Positions 39,979-49,464 of a stretch of 64,000 nt of DNA are shown here, piece after piece. How positions within the stretch are numbered: the first letter of the stretch is position 1; every line of letters starts with the position of its first letter. This stretch comes from an uncultured Actinomycetota bacterium (GTDB lineage: Bacteria > Actinomycetota > Actinomycetes > Mycobacteriales > Mycobacteriaceae): positions 285 to 64,284 of the forward strand of contig CAWGXA010000014.1 of assembly GCA_963826365.1 (NCBI GenBank), written 5' to 3'. A model generated the notes under the pieces. It was not told where the DNA came from. It saw only the letters and a program-made list of their open reading frames with translations, and searched no databases. The translations under genes and the position numbers were made by a program.

Positions 39979-40846
39979 ACGCAATCCGGATCGACACGGC
40001 TTTTGGCGCGACACGTGGCGGGAGTTACGCGGACGTCCCAAGTTCGTCGTCGCTGCCGCCCTGATTCTGTTCGTCGTTGTCGTGGCGATGTTTCCGTCGT
40101 GGTTCACCGGAATCGATCCCAGCTATGGCGATCCGGGCCAGAGCCTGCTTCCGCCGTCGGCCGCGCATTGGTTCGGCACCGATTTGCAGGGCCACGACAT
40201 CTACGCGCGCACCGTGTACGGCGCCCGGGCCTCGCTCATGGTGGGGCTGGGGTCCACGCTGCTCGTCTTCGTCGTCGGTGGGGTCCTGGGCGCGCTGGCC
40301 GGTTTCTACGGGGGCTGGATCGACGCCGTGGTCTCGCGCATCACCGACGTGTTCTTCGGATTGCCCTTGCTGCTGGCCGCGATCGTGATCATGGGCGTCA
40401 TGCACCACCGGCGGGTGTGGACGGTGATCGCGATCCTGGCCTTGTTCGGCTGGCCCGGGATAGCCAGGGTCGCTCGTAGCGCCGTGCTCGAAGTGCGCGG
40501 CAGCGATTACGTGTTGGCAGCGAAAGCATTGGGGCTGCGCAACTTCCAGATACTGGTTCGACATGCGCTGCCCAATGCCCTGGGTCCGGTTTTTGCGGTG
40601 GCCACCCTGGCCTTCGGCGTGTTCATCGTCACCGAAGCCTCGTTGTCCTACCTCGGTGTCGGACTGCCGACCTCGGTAGTATCCTGGGGCGGTGACATCA
40701 GCCTGGCGCAGAGCCGGCTGCGTTCGGGCTCGCCGATTCTGTTCTATCCTGCTGGCGCACTGGCGATCACGGTGCTGGCCTTCATGATGATGGGCGACGC
40801 ACTGCGCGATGCGCTGGATCCGACCTCGCGAGCGCGGCGCGCATGA
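39971..40846 (+). CDS. dppC: Peptide ABC transporter permease
   Basis: HWFGTDLQGHD, YVLAAKALG, RHALPN. Confidence 0.92.
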   Translation: MAERNPDRHGFWRDTWRELRGRPKFVVAAALILFVVVVAMFPSWFTGIDPSYGDPGQSLLPPSAAHWFGTDLQGHDIYARTVYGARASLMVGLGSTLLVFVVGGVLGALAGFYGGWIDAVVSRITDVFFGLPLLLAAIVIMGVMHHRRVWTVIAILALFGWPGIARVARSAVLEVRGSDYVLAAKALGLRNFQILVRHALPNALGPVFAVATLAFGVFIVTEASLSYLGVGLPTSVVSWGGDISLAQSRLRSGSPILFYPAGALAITVLAFMMMGDALRDALDPTSRARRA

Positions 40847-42459
40847 GCAATATAGAGTCGCCGCTGTTGTCGGTCGAGGGCCTTGAGGTCACCTTCGGTG
40901 ACCGCGCCCCGGCCCTACGCGGTGTGAACCTCTCTGTCCAGCGCGGACACACCGTCGCCGTCGTCGGCGAATCGGGTTCGGGGAAATCCACCACGGCCGC
41001 CGCGGTCCTCGGGCTGCTTCCGCCCGGCGGACGAATTACCGCCGGCCACATCGTTTTCGACGGCGTCGACATCACCGCGGCCGACCGCCGGCAGCTCCGG
41101 AAGATCAGGGGTCGTCGCATCGGTTATGTACCCCAGGACCCGATGACCAACCTCAACCCGGTTTGGAAGGTCGGCTTCCAGATCCGGGAAGCGTTGCGGG
41201 CCAACACCGATACCCGCCAGACCCGGCGACGGGCGGTGGAGCTGCTCGCCGAGGCCGGGATGCCGGACCCGGGCAAGCAAGCCGGCAAGTACCCGCACCA
41301 GCTTTCGGGAGGCATGTGTCAGCGTGCGCTCATCGCCATCGGGTTGGCCGGCCGGCCGCAGCTGCTGATCGCCGACGAGCCGACGTCCGCCCTGGACGTC
41401 ACCGTGCAGCGGCAGGTGCTCGACCATTTGCAGGGCCTCACCGACGAACTCGGCACCGCGCTGCTGCTGATCACGCATGATTTGGCGTTGGCCGCCGAAC
41501 GCGCCGAGTCCGTGGTGGTTGTCCATCATGGCGTGGTGGTGGAATCTGGCGCAGCACAACCGATCCTGCAAGATCCGCAACACGAGTACACCCGCAAGTT
41601 GGTGGCGGCGGCGCCGTCGCTGACCTTGACCTCGGCACGGACCCGGAGACCGGTGGACGACCGCGACGAGATCCTCGTCGCCTCGGAGCTGACCAAGGTT
41701 TACTCAGAGTCTCGCGGGGCGCCGTGGCGGCGCACGGACTTTCATGCCGCCGATGCCGTGTCGTTTCGGCTGCGCCGGGCCAGCACCCTGGCGATCGTCG
41801 GAGAGTCGGGTTCGGGGAAATCAACCGTGGCGCGCATGGCGCTGGGCCTCGTGCAACCCACCTCGGGCACAGTGGTTTTCGATGGAAACGACATCGGCGC
41901 AATGAACCGCAACCAGACGATGGCCTTTCGCCGTCGCGTACAGCCGGTTTTCCAGAATCCTTACAGCAGCCTGGATCCGATGTACTCGGTGTTTCGCGCC
42001 ATCGAGGAACCGTTGCGCATCCATCGAGTTGGAGACCGCAAGCAGCGTGAGCGGACGGTACGTGAGCTCGTCGACCAAGTGGCACTGCCGTCGTCGGTGT
42101 TGCGCCGGTTGCCCCGCGAGCTGTCCGGCGGCCAACGGCAACGGGTCGCAATCGCTCGCGCGCTGGCGTTGCGACCCGAGGTGCTGGTGTGCGACGAGGC
42201 GGTTTCGGCGCTCGACGTCTTGGTGCAGGCGCAGATATTGGATCTGCTGGGAGAGCTGCAGGCCGAACTGGGGCTGGCTTACTTGTTCATCAGCCATGAT
42301 CTGGCGGTGATCCGTCAGATCGCCGACGAGGTGCTGGTGATGCGCGCGGGCCGGGTGGTCGAGCAGGCTCCCGCCGAGGAGCTGTTCACCCGACCCGGTG
42401 ACGAGTACACCCGTGCGTTGCTAGAGGCCATTCCCGGCGCGCCGACCTCGCCCCGATAG
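40843..42459 (+). CDS. dppD: Double-domain peptide ABC ATPase
   Basis: Two GESGSGKS Walker A motifs, LSGG signatures. Confidence 0.92.
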   Translation: MSNIESPLLSVEGLEVTFGDRAPALRGVNLSVQRGHTVAVVGESGSGKSTTAAAVLGLLPPGGRITAGHIVFDGVDITAADRRQLRKIRGRRIGYVPQDPMTNLNPVWKVGFQIREALRANTDTRQTRRRAVELLAEAGMPDPGKQAGKYPHQLSGGMCQRALIAIGLAGRPQLLIADEPTSALDVTVQRQVLDHLQGLTDELGTALLLITHDLALAAERAESVVVVHHGVVVESGAAQPILQDPQHEYTRKLVAAAPSLTLTSARTRRPVDDRDEILVASELTKVYSESRGAPWRRTDFHAADAVSFRLRRASTLAIVGESGSGKSTVARMALGLVQPTSGTVVFDGNDIGAMNRNQTMAFRRRVQPVFQNPYSSLDPMYSVFRAIEEPLRIHRVGDRKQRERTVRELVDQVALPSSVLRRLPRELSGGQRQRVAIARALALRPEVLVCDEAVSALDVLVQAQILDLLGELQAELGLAYLFISHDLAVIRQIADEVLVMRAGRVVEQAPAEELFTRPGDEYTRALLEAIPGAPTSPR

Positions 42460-42470
42460 GTTGGCACCCT

Positions 42471-43229
42471 GTGACGGTTGACCCACTGGCTCCGCTGATG
42501 GACCTCCCCGGCGTCGCCGAGGCGAGCGACGAGGCCCGCGATGCCCTGGGCCGGGCGCATCGGCACCGGGCAAATTTGCGTGGTTGGCCGGCGTCGGCTG
42601 CTGAAGCCGCGTGGCGGGCGGCGCGCGCTTCCTCGGTGCTCGATGGCGGACCCGCGCGACTCGAAGACGTTGCGCAGACCTCACCGGTCCACGACCCGGT
42701 GTTCGGCGGAGCGTTACGAGTCGCCCAGGAGTTAGACGGCGGCGGGGGCGCCCTGGTCGGTATCTGGCAGCGGGCGCCGTTGCAGGCACTGGCCCGTCTG
42801 CACATGCTGGCCGCGGCCGACCAGGTCGACGACGATCAACTGGGCCGCCCGCGGCCCGATCCGCAAGTGGGGCCGCGTCTGGAGCTGCTCGCTGAACTGG
42901 TAGGCGGCCGCACGCAGGCGCCGGCGCCGGTGGTCGCCGCGGTGGTACACGGAGAACTGTTGACGTTAAAGCCATTTGGCAGCGCCGACGGCGTAGTGGC
43001 GCGCGGGGTGTCGCGGCTGGTGACTATCGCCAGCGGACTGGATCCACACGGGCTGGGCGTGCCCGAGGTGAGTTGGATGCGCAAACCTGCGGAATATCGA
43101 GACGCCGCACTCGGGTTCGCCGACGGCACGCCGGCCGGTCTGGGAGCCTGGCTGGTGCTGTGCTGCCGAGCGCTGCGGGAAGGGGCGCAGGAAGCTGTGT
43201 CGATCGCCGAGTCGTTGACGAATATGTAG
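42471..43229 (+). CDS. Degenerate Fic-like protein (Rv3662c ortholog)
   Basis: HGELLTLKPFGSADGVVAR, synteny. Confidence 0.8.
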   Translation: MTVDPLAPLMDLPGVAEASDEARDALGRAHRHRANLRGWPASAAEAAWRAARASSVLDGGPARLEDVAQTSPVHDPVFGGALRVAQELDGGGGALVGIWQRAPLQALARLHMLAAADQVDDDQLGRPRPDPQVGPRLELLAELVGGRTQAPAPVVAAVVHGELLTLKPFGSADGVVARGVSRLVTIASGLDPHGLGVPEVSWMRKPAEYRDAALGFADGTPAGLGAWLVLCCRALREGAQEAVSIAESLTNM

Positions 43230-43268
43230 AGCGGGCGGCGTCCCGAATTATTCGGTCCGCCGCCCGCT
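43230..43268. terminator. Hairpin between the convergent Rv3662c ortholog and Ms1
   Basis: AGCGGGCGGCG...CGCCGCCCGCT inverted repeat. Confidence 0.7.
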
Positions 43269-43522
43269 AGCACGGAACTCGGTTACCAAGCGTGCACCTT
43301 TGGGTTACGTGGGTGGCCTCGGCGATCTTGCGATATCTGCGGCTGCAACCCCACCCAAAGGGCCGTCGATGCCTTTCGATTTTCGCAATTACGCAGGCCC
43401 GCAACACTTCTGCCATTTTCGCGGCTATGACTCCGCGTGGGTGCCGGGTACCGTGCTGGGTGCCCGGATCGGGAGATCGACCCTTCTCTTCCGGATTGAC
43501 CTAGGCCTTACCGGGCTGCCGT
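43230..43522 (-). ncRNA. ms1: Ms1 / MTS2823 RNA-polymerase-binding RNA (ends approximate)
   Basis: Minus strand GAAGAGAAGGGTCGATCTCCCGATCCGGGCACCCAGCACGGTACCCGGCACCCACGCGGAGTC...GCACGCTTGGTAACCGAG; known position between the Rv3661 and Rv3662c orthologs. Confidence 0.88.
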
Positions 43523-43633
43523 GTCTCCATTTGTACTCCTGGAGCGTTAGCACAGCAAGGCCCAATTCTGCGAATGTTGCGAAGCTGTGTCATGCCACGC
43601 CGTTAAGATGTTTGCTACCAGTCGAATTGGTCT

Positions 43634-44479
43634 TTACAGGGCAAAGCGTCGCAACAGCGAGTAGGTCACCGCTCCGGCAGCCAGCGCGCTGATGCTCACC
43701 GCGGCGGTGGTCGCGATCGCGGCACCCGACGGCGCCGGAATCCGATCGCGCAGGGATACCGGCCGCGAGAAACTCAACACCGGCCAACCGCGGTCGGTGG
43801 CTTCCCGGCGCAGGCCCCGGTCCGGGTTGACCACGCTTGGGTGGCCGACGGCTTCGAGCATCGGCAGGTCGGTGATCGAGTCGGAGTAGGCATAGCAGTG
43901 TTCCAGCGGGTAGCCCTCGCGGGCAGCCAATTCGCGGATCGCTTGCACCTTGCCTTCGCCGTAGCAGTAGAACGCGACCTCGCCGGTGTACTTACCGTCC
44001 TCGACGACCATTCGGGTCGCCATCGCATGAGTCGCCCCGAGTGCCCGGGCGATCGGCGCGACGATCTCCTCCCCGGATGCGGACACCACCACCACGTCAC
44101 GGCCGCACAGCTTGTGGGCCGCGATCAGGTCCGCGGCTTCGGCGAATACCAGCGGAGTCATGATGTCGTGCAGGGTTTCGTTGACGATCGACTTCACCTG
44201 GGCGACGTCCCAACCGGTGCACATGTTGGTCATGTGGGTGCGCATCCGGTCCATCTGGTCATGATCGGCACCGGATAGCAGAAAGATGAATTGGGCGTAG
44301 CTCGACTTGAGCACCGCGCGTCGGTTGAGCAGTCCCTGGTTGAAGAACGGTTTGCTGAACGCCAGGGTGCTGGACTTGGCGATGATCGTCTTGTCCAGGT
44401 CGAAGAAGGCTGCAGTGCGCGCGTTGGAACCAGCGGGCGCCGCTGTTTGCTGCTGCGCGGCCGAGTCGAAGACGGTCAC
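43634..44479 (-). CDS. HAD-IB family hydrolase (Rv3661 ortholog)
   Basis: FFDLDKT, VSASG, YSDSITDLPML. Confidence 0.9.
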   Translation of the reverse strand: MTVFDSAAQQQTAAPAGSNARTAAFFDLDKTIIAKSSTLAFSKPFFNQGLLNRRAVLKSSYAQFIFLLSGADHDQMDRMRTHMTNMCTGWDVAQVKSIVNETLHDIMTPLVFAEAADLIAAHKLCGRDVVVVSASGEEIVAPIARALGATHAMATRMVVEDGKYTGEVAFYCYGEGKVQAIRELAAREGYPLEHCYAYSDSITDLPMLEAVGHPSVVNPDRGLRREATDRGWPVLSFSRPVSLRDRIPAPSGAAIATTAAVSISALAAGAVTYSLLRRFAL

Positions 44480-44633
44480 GGACACAGCATAGGTCGGCGA
44501 TCCGATGGGGCTGCGATATCGTGCGCAAAACGACCGCTCAGGCCGCTGTGGCGGGCGGGACCGACGGTGTTTTTGCGGCTCAAAGTGATTTTTAGTTGAA
44601 ACAGAAACTTGCGACACCGCCCACTGTCGTGTG

Positions 44634-44639
44634 TATAGT
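44634..44639 (+). promoter_or_regulatory. -10 element of the 6C RNA
   Basis: TATAGT about 7 nt upstream of the inferred RNA start. Confidence 0.6.
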
Positions 44640-44646
44640 AAGCATT

Positions 44647-44740
44647 ACTCGGCCTGAGCCGAGGGTGTATCAGCCCGACCCCCCGGGGCTGATGCACGAC
44701 GACCTCCGCCTCCTCCCCCCTGGCGGGGGTCGTCCCTTTT
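44647..44740 (+). ncRNA. 6C RNA (B11)
   Basis: Two hairpins with C-rich loops (CAGCCCGACCCCCCGGGGCTG; GACGACCTCCGCCTCCTCCCCCCTGGCGGGGGTCGTC) then a T tract; known position between ssd and the Rv3661 ortholog. Confidence 0.88.
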
Positions 44741-44970
44741 GTGGGGTGTTTTTCCTCAGCGGTTTGCGGGCTCAGCCCCACCGTTCGCGCGTTGCCCAGA
44801 GCCTGCCAATCCAATGTTGAGTGTTCGCCAGCCGACGTCTTTGTGCACACTTACGTCTCTCTCCACAAATCCGGATTTGGGACTGGTGTCCCAAGGTCAC
44901 GGCCCCGCACGGTGGATGGGTGACCAGCAGCATCCACCGCATAGCGACGAGTTCTTCTGGCGTGTTAGCG

Positions 44971-46020
44971 GTGCTGACCGATGCGCAGTTGCGCGACGAA
45001 CTGGACCGGGTCGCGGCGGCCGTCGGGGTTCGGGTGGTGCATGCGGGCGGTTCGTCGGTGAGCAGAAAGACGTGGTCGGCGGCCGCGGCGGTGGTGCTCG
45101 ACGAGGTGGCAGCTGACCGATGTGGCCGGGCCGCGCTGCCGCGGCGCGCACACGTCACCGTGCTCAGCTCGGCCGCCCCTTCGACGTCGACTTGGACGGC
45201 GGCGGTCGCGGCGGGCGCGCAGCATGTGTTGAGGTTGCCTGGGCAGGAAGACGACTTGATCCGCGGGCTTGCCGACGCCGCGGAATCGGCGCGCGACGAC
45301 GGACAGCGCGGCGAGGTTGTCGCCGTGATCGGCGGCTGCGGTGGCGGCGGCGCCTCGTTGTTCGCCGTCGCCCTGTCCCTTGCCGCCACCGACGCGCTGT
45401 TGGTCGATCTCGACCCCTGGGGCGGTGGCATCGATTTGCTGCTGGGCAGCGAGACGACGGCCGGCCTGCGTTGGCCGGACTTGGCTTTGCAGGGCGGCCG
45501 CCTGGTCTGGTCGGCCGTGCGCGAGGCGTTGCCGCGGCACCGCGGCGTCAGTTTTCTCTCGGGCACCCGGCGCGGCTACGAATTGGACGCCGGGCCGATC
45601 GATGCCGTAGTCGATGCCGGCCGGCGCGGGGGAGTCACTGTGGTGTGCGACCTTCCCCGTCGTCTCACCGATGCCACCCAGGCCGCGCTGGACGCAGCCG
45701 ATCTCGTCGTCGTCGTCACGCCGTGCGACGTCCGCGGATGTGCGGCGAGTGCGGCGATGGCGTCGGTACTGGCAGCGATCAACCCGAACCTCGGGCTGGT
45801 CGTACGGGGGCCGTCCCCGGGGGGATTGCGGGCCGCCGAGGTTGCTGACATCGCCGGACTGCCGCTGCTGGCGTCGATGAGAGCGCAGCCGCACCTTGCC
45901 GAGCAATTGGAACGCGGTGGTCTGCGACTGGGCCGGCGATCTCCGCTGGCGGCGGCCGCGGACCGGGTGCTCGGTGTGCTGCCACGGGCGGGATCAGGGC
46001 AGAAAGGCAACGTGGCGTGA
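44971..46020 (+). CDS. ssd: Septum site-determining protein Ssd (CpaE/TadZ-like)
   Basis: GGCGGGGAS deviant P-loop, LVDLDPWGGG; Rv3660c synteny. Confidence 0.9.
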   Translation: MLTDAQLRDELDRVAAAVGVRVVHAGGSSVSRKTWSAAAAVVLDEVAADRCGRAALPRRAHVTVLSSAAPSTSTWTAAVAAGAQHVLRLPGQEDDLIRGLADAAESARDDGQRGEVVAVIGGCGGGGASLFAVALSLAATDALLVDLDPWGGGIDLLLGSETTAGLRWPDLALQGGRLVWSAVREALPRHRGVSFLSGTRRGYELDAGPIDAVVDAGRRGGVTVVCDLPRRLTDATQAALDAADLVVVVTPCDVRGCAASAAMASVLAAINPNLGLVVRGPSPGGLRAAEVADIAGLPLLASMRAQPHLAEQLERGGLRLGRRSPLAAAADRVLGVLPRAGSGQKGNVA

Positions 46021-47192
46021 GTGACTCGTTGATTGAACGAGTGCGCGAGCGGCTGGCCGCCGAATCCGCCCCGCTGGGTTCTTCTTTGCGGCCCAACGTG
46101 GTGGCCGCCGCCATTCGGGCCGAGTCGGGCGGGATGCTGGGCGACACTGAGGTCCTTGCCAACCTCCGGGTGCTACAGACCGAGCTGACCGGCGCCGGCA
46201 TCCTCGAACCGCTGTTGTGCGCCGACGGCACCACCGACGTCTTGGTCACCGCACCCGACGCGGTCTGGGTCGACGATGGAGACGGTCTGCGACGCAGCCA
46301 GGTTCGGTTTGCCGACGAAGCGGCGGTGCGCCGGTTGGCGCAGCGGCTGGCACTGGCCGCCGGCCGGCGTCTCGACGATGCGCAGCCGTGGGTCGACGGC
46401 CAGCTGGCCGGCATCGGTGCCGGTGGGTTCGCGGTGCGGTTGCACGCGGTGCTGCCGCCGGTAGCGGCCGAAGGCACCTGCTTGTCCCTGCGGGTGTTGC
46501 GCCCGGCCACTCAGGACCTAGCGGGGCTGACCGCGGCCGGCGCCATCGAGCCCCGGGCCGCCGCGCTGGTCGACGACATCATCGCGGCCCGGCTGGCTTT
46601 CCTGGTGTGCGGTGGAACCGGCGCCGGGAAAACAACGTTGTTGGCGGCGATGCTGGGCGCCGTGTCTCCGACCGAGCGGATCGTGTGCGTCGAGGATGCG
46701 GCCGAACTTGCGCCGCGCCATCCCCATCTGGTCAAGCTGGTCGCGCGGTGCGCCAATGTCGAAGGCGTTGGCGAGGTTCCCGTGCGCCAACTCGTCCGGC
46801 AGGCGCTGCGGATGCGGCCGGACCGAATCGTGGTCGGCGAGGTCAGGGGCGCCGAAGTGGTCGACCTGCTGGCGGCGCTGAACACCGGCCACGACGGCGG
46901 CGCGGGCACCGTGCATGCCAACAATCCGGGCGAGGTTCCGGCCAGGTTGGAGGCATTGGGCGCGCTCGGCGGTCTCGACCGGGCCGCGCTGCACAGTCAA
47001 CTCGCCGCCGCAGTCCAGGTGCTGCTGTATGTCGCCCGGGACCGGCAGGGGCGACGCAGGCTGGCCGAGATTGCCGTGCTGCGCCAAACCGACGAGCGCG
47101 TTCGGGCCGTCACCGTTTGGCACGCCGACCACGGGATGACGGACGATGCGGGCTATCTGTACCGCCTACTGCGAAGCCGGTTGGCGGCATGA
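46017..47192 (+). CDS. TadA/CpaF secretion ATPase (Rv3659c ortholog)
   Basis: GGTGAGKTT, EDAAEL, RMRPDRIVVGEVRG, TGH. Confidence 0.92.
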   Translation: MSDSLIERVRERLAAESAPLGSSLRPNVVAAAIRAESGGMLGDTEVLANLRVLQTELTGAGILEPLLCADGTTDVLVTAPDAVWVDDGDGLRRSQVRFADEAAVRRLAQRLALAAGRRLDDAQPWVDGQLAGIGAGGFAVRLHAVLPPVAAEGTCLSLRVLRPATQDLAGLTAAGAIEPRAAALVDDIIAARLAFLVCGGTGAGKTTLLAAMLGAVSPTERIVCVEDAAELAPRHPHLVKLVARCANVEGVGEVPVRQLVRQALRMRPDRIVVGEVRGAEVVDLLAALNTGHDGGAGTVHANNPGEVPARLEALGALGGLDRAALHSQLAAAVQVLLYVARDRQGRRRLAEIAVLRQTDERVRAVTVWHADHGMTDDAGYLYRLLRSRLAA

Positions 47193-47995
47193 TCGGGGCG
47201 ACGGCAGCTGCGCTGGCTTTGTCGTCGGCGCTACTTGTCTTTCCGTCGTCGCCGCGACGACGGTTCGGCGCGACCGGCCCAACCCGTCGCCGGGTCGAAG
47301 CTGGTGGGCCGGCGTTCATCTGGATGACGGCGGGTGCCGCACTTCTCGCCGCGGTAGTGCTGCCGCTGGCGACGGTGCTCGCGGTCGTGGTCGTTGCGGC
47401 AACCGCCGTTTCGCGTCATCGGCGCCGTCGCCGAATGCGGCGCGCGACCGACGAGGGCCGGAACCTGGAGGCCGCGCTTGATGTGTTAGTCGGTGAACTG
47501 CGGGTGGGCTCACACCCGGTTCGTGCGTTCGGAATCGCTGCCGACGAAACCATTGGCGGGGTTGCCATGTCGTTACGCGCGGTCGCCGCCCGCGCCGAAT
47601 TGGGCGCCGACGTGACAGCCGGCCTACGGGCCGCAGCGCGAACGTCGGCCCTGCCCGCGCAGTGGGACCGAATCGCGGTGTGCTGGGAGCTGGCCAGCGA
47701 ACACGGGCTGGCGATCGCCATGTTGATGCGTGCCGCGCAGCGCGATATCGCAGAACGGCAACGATTTTCGGCACGGGTCACTTCGGGAATGGCCGGAGCA
47801 CGGGCTACGGCAGTGATACTCGCCGGGCTACCGGCGCTGGGCGTGTTGCTCGGCCAACTGATCGGGGCCCGGCCGCTGAGTTTCTTGCTCAACGGGCACG
47901 CGGGCGGCTGGCTGTTGGTCATCGGCACAACGCTGGCATGCGGCGGGATGTGGTGGTCGGACCGGATCACCGAGCGGGCGGGAGCCGCGATATGA
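47189..47995 (+). CDS. TadB-like type II secretion F-family protein (Rv3658c ortholog)
   Basis: ELRVGSHP, GARATAVILAGLP; ATGA coupling. Confidence 0.85.
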   Translation: MIGATAAALALSSALLVFPSSPRRRFGATGPTRRRVEAGGPAFIWMTAGAALLAAVVLPLATVLAVVVVAATAVSRHRRRRRMRRATDEGRNLEAALDVLVGELRVGSHPVRAFGIAADETIGGVAMSLRAVAARAELGADVTAGLRAAARTSALPAQWDRIAVCWELASEHGLAIAMLMRAAQRDIAERQRFSARVTSGMAGARATAVILAGLPALGVLLGQLIGARPLSFLLNGHAGGWLLVIGTTLACGGMWWSDRITERAGAAI

Positions 47996-48573
47996 GCGCG
48001 GCGTCGGTGTTGCTGGCGGTTGCATTGTGGCTCAGCCCCGGACCGTCGGCGGCGCGTGCTCGCGCGGGGATCCAAACCGGCGGCCAGCGGCCGCAGACTA
48101 GATCCTCATCCGGTCCGGATCCGCTGGCAGTCGCATCCAGCCTCGACGTGCTGGCCGTGTGCCTGGCCGCGGGTATGGCGGTGTCGACCGCCGCGGCAGC
48201 AACGGCCGCATCCGCGCCGCCGAAGCTGGCCGGGGTGCTGCGACGGGCCGCCGACCTGCTCGCTCTGGGCGCTGATCCCGTTGTTGCATGGTCGATTCCG
48301 CCGGAGAACTCAGTCGATATCCATACCGATGCGCTGCTGCGGCTGGCACGGCGTTCGGCGTCCTCGGGCTCGGCGCTGGCCGCTGGCGTCGCTGAGCTGG
48401 CCGACCAGTCTCGTCACGATGCGGCACACGTGGCCGCAGCGGCCGCCGAGCGGGCCGGGGTGTTGATCGCCGGCCCGCTCGGGCTGTGTTTTCTGCCGGC
48501 GTTCGTGTGCCTGGGCATTGTTCCGGTGGTGGCCGGGCTGGCCGGCGAGGTCCTGCAATCGGGACTGCTGTGA
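47992..48573 (+). CDS. TadC-like protein (Rv3657c ortholog)
   Basis: LDVLAVCLAAG, PLGLCFLPAFV; ATGA coupling. Confidence 0.85.
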   Translation: MSAASVLLAVALWLSPGPSAARARAGIQTGGQRPQTRSSSGPDPLAVASSLDVLAVCLAAGMAVSTAAAATAASAPPKLAGVLRRAADLLALGADPVVAWSIPPENSVDIHTDALLRLARRSASSGSALAAGVAELADQSRHDAAHVAAAAAERAGVLIAGPLGLCFLPAFVCLGIVPVVAGLAGEVLQSGLL

Positions 48574-48606
48574 CGGGCCCGCAGCCACTACGAAAGAGAG
48601 GATCCA

Positions 48607-48810
48607 TTGGTGATCAACATCATTCGCGCATTCGCGGCGCGTATGACCGTCCTGGCGATCGACGAGTCGGGCATGTCCACGGTCGAATATGCCATCGGGA
48701 CGATCGCGGCGGCGGCGTTCGGCGCGATTCTGTACACCGTCGTCACCGGCGACTCGATCGTGTCGGCGTTGACGAACATCATCGGCCGCGCGCTCAACAC
48801 CAAGGCCTAG
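48607..48810 (+). CDS. Flp-type pilin (Rv3656c ortholog)
   Basis: DESG|MSTVEYAIG prepilin motif. Confidence 0.9.
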   Translation: MVINIIRAFAARMTVLAIDESGMSTVEYAIGTIAAAAFGAILYTVVTGDSIVSALTNIIGRALNTKA

Positions 48811-48833
48811 TCGGCTGTGCCGGTGCGAGCACC

Positions 48834-49136
48834 GTGGAAGCGGCGCTGGGCATCGCCGCGCTGGTCGTGGTGTTGGTGCTCTGCCTGGCCGGCGTCACGG
48901 CGGTGTCGATGCAGGTCCGTTGTGTGGACGCGGCCCGGGAAGCCGCCCGGCTGGCCGCGCGCGGCGACGAACGCTCGGCGGTCGACGTGGCGCGTCGCCT
49001 CGCGCCAGACGGGGCGCGGGTACAACTGCACCGCGACGGCGACTTCCTGGTCGCGACCGTTGTGGCGCACTCAAACCTATTGCCCACCTTGGATATTGCG
49101 GCCCGTGCGGTTTCGGCGGCGGAGCCCCAGCGATGA
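48834..49136 (+). CDS. TadE-like minor pilin (Rv3655c ortholog); start uncertain
   Basis: VEAALGIAALVVV...AAREAARLAARG. Confidence 0.8.
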   Translation: MEAALGIAALVVVLVLCLAGVTAVSMQVRCVDAAREAARLAARGDERSAVDVARRLAPDGARVQLHRDGDFLVATVVAHSNLLPTLDIAARAVSAAEPQR

Positions 49137-49464
49137 TCGCGGCTCGGCGACCGTGGTGGCGGCCGCCATGGTCGCGGTGCTGCTGTTCGTCACCGGCGCC
49201 GGGGCATATGTCGGATCGGCGGTGGTGGCGCGTCATCGAGCGCAGGCGGCCGCCGATCTCGCTGCGCTGGCCGCCGCGGCGTGGCTGCCCGCAGGTGTCA
49301 GCGCGGCCTGCACCCGGGCTACCGCGGTGGCCCGCGAGATGAGGGTCGACGACGTGCAATGCCGGATAGCGGATCTGGACGTCGTCGTCACGGTTGCGGT
49401 CTCCGTCGCGTTTGCCGGGGTGGCGCTGGCCGCCGCGCGGGCCGGGCCGGGCGACACGCGGTGA
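49105..49464 (+). CDS. TadE/TadG-like minor pilin (Rv3654c ortholog)
   Basis: GTG 49105 gives MRFRRRSPSDDRG|SATVV leader; RAQAAADLAALAAA. Confidence 0.75.
   Translation: MRFRRRSPSDDRGSATVVAAAMVAVLLFVTGAGAYVGSAVVARHRAQAAADLAALAAAAWLPAGVSAACTRATAVAREMRVDDVQCRIADLDVVVTVAVSVAFAGVALAAARAGPGDTR

Noticed and set aside
44971-49464. TadA/TrbB-like ATPase locus as a conjugative element
   Set aside because: Core ssd-tad locus of actinobacteria; no relaxase, VirB4 or integrase
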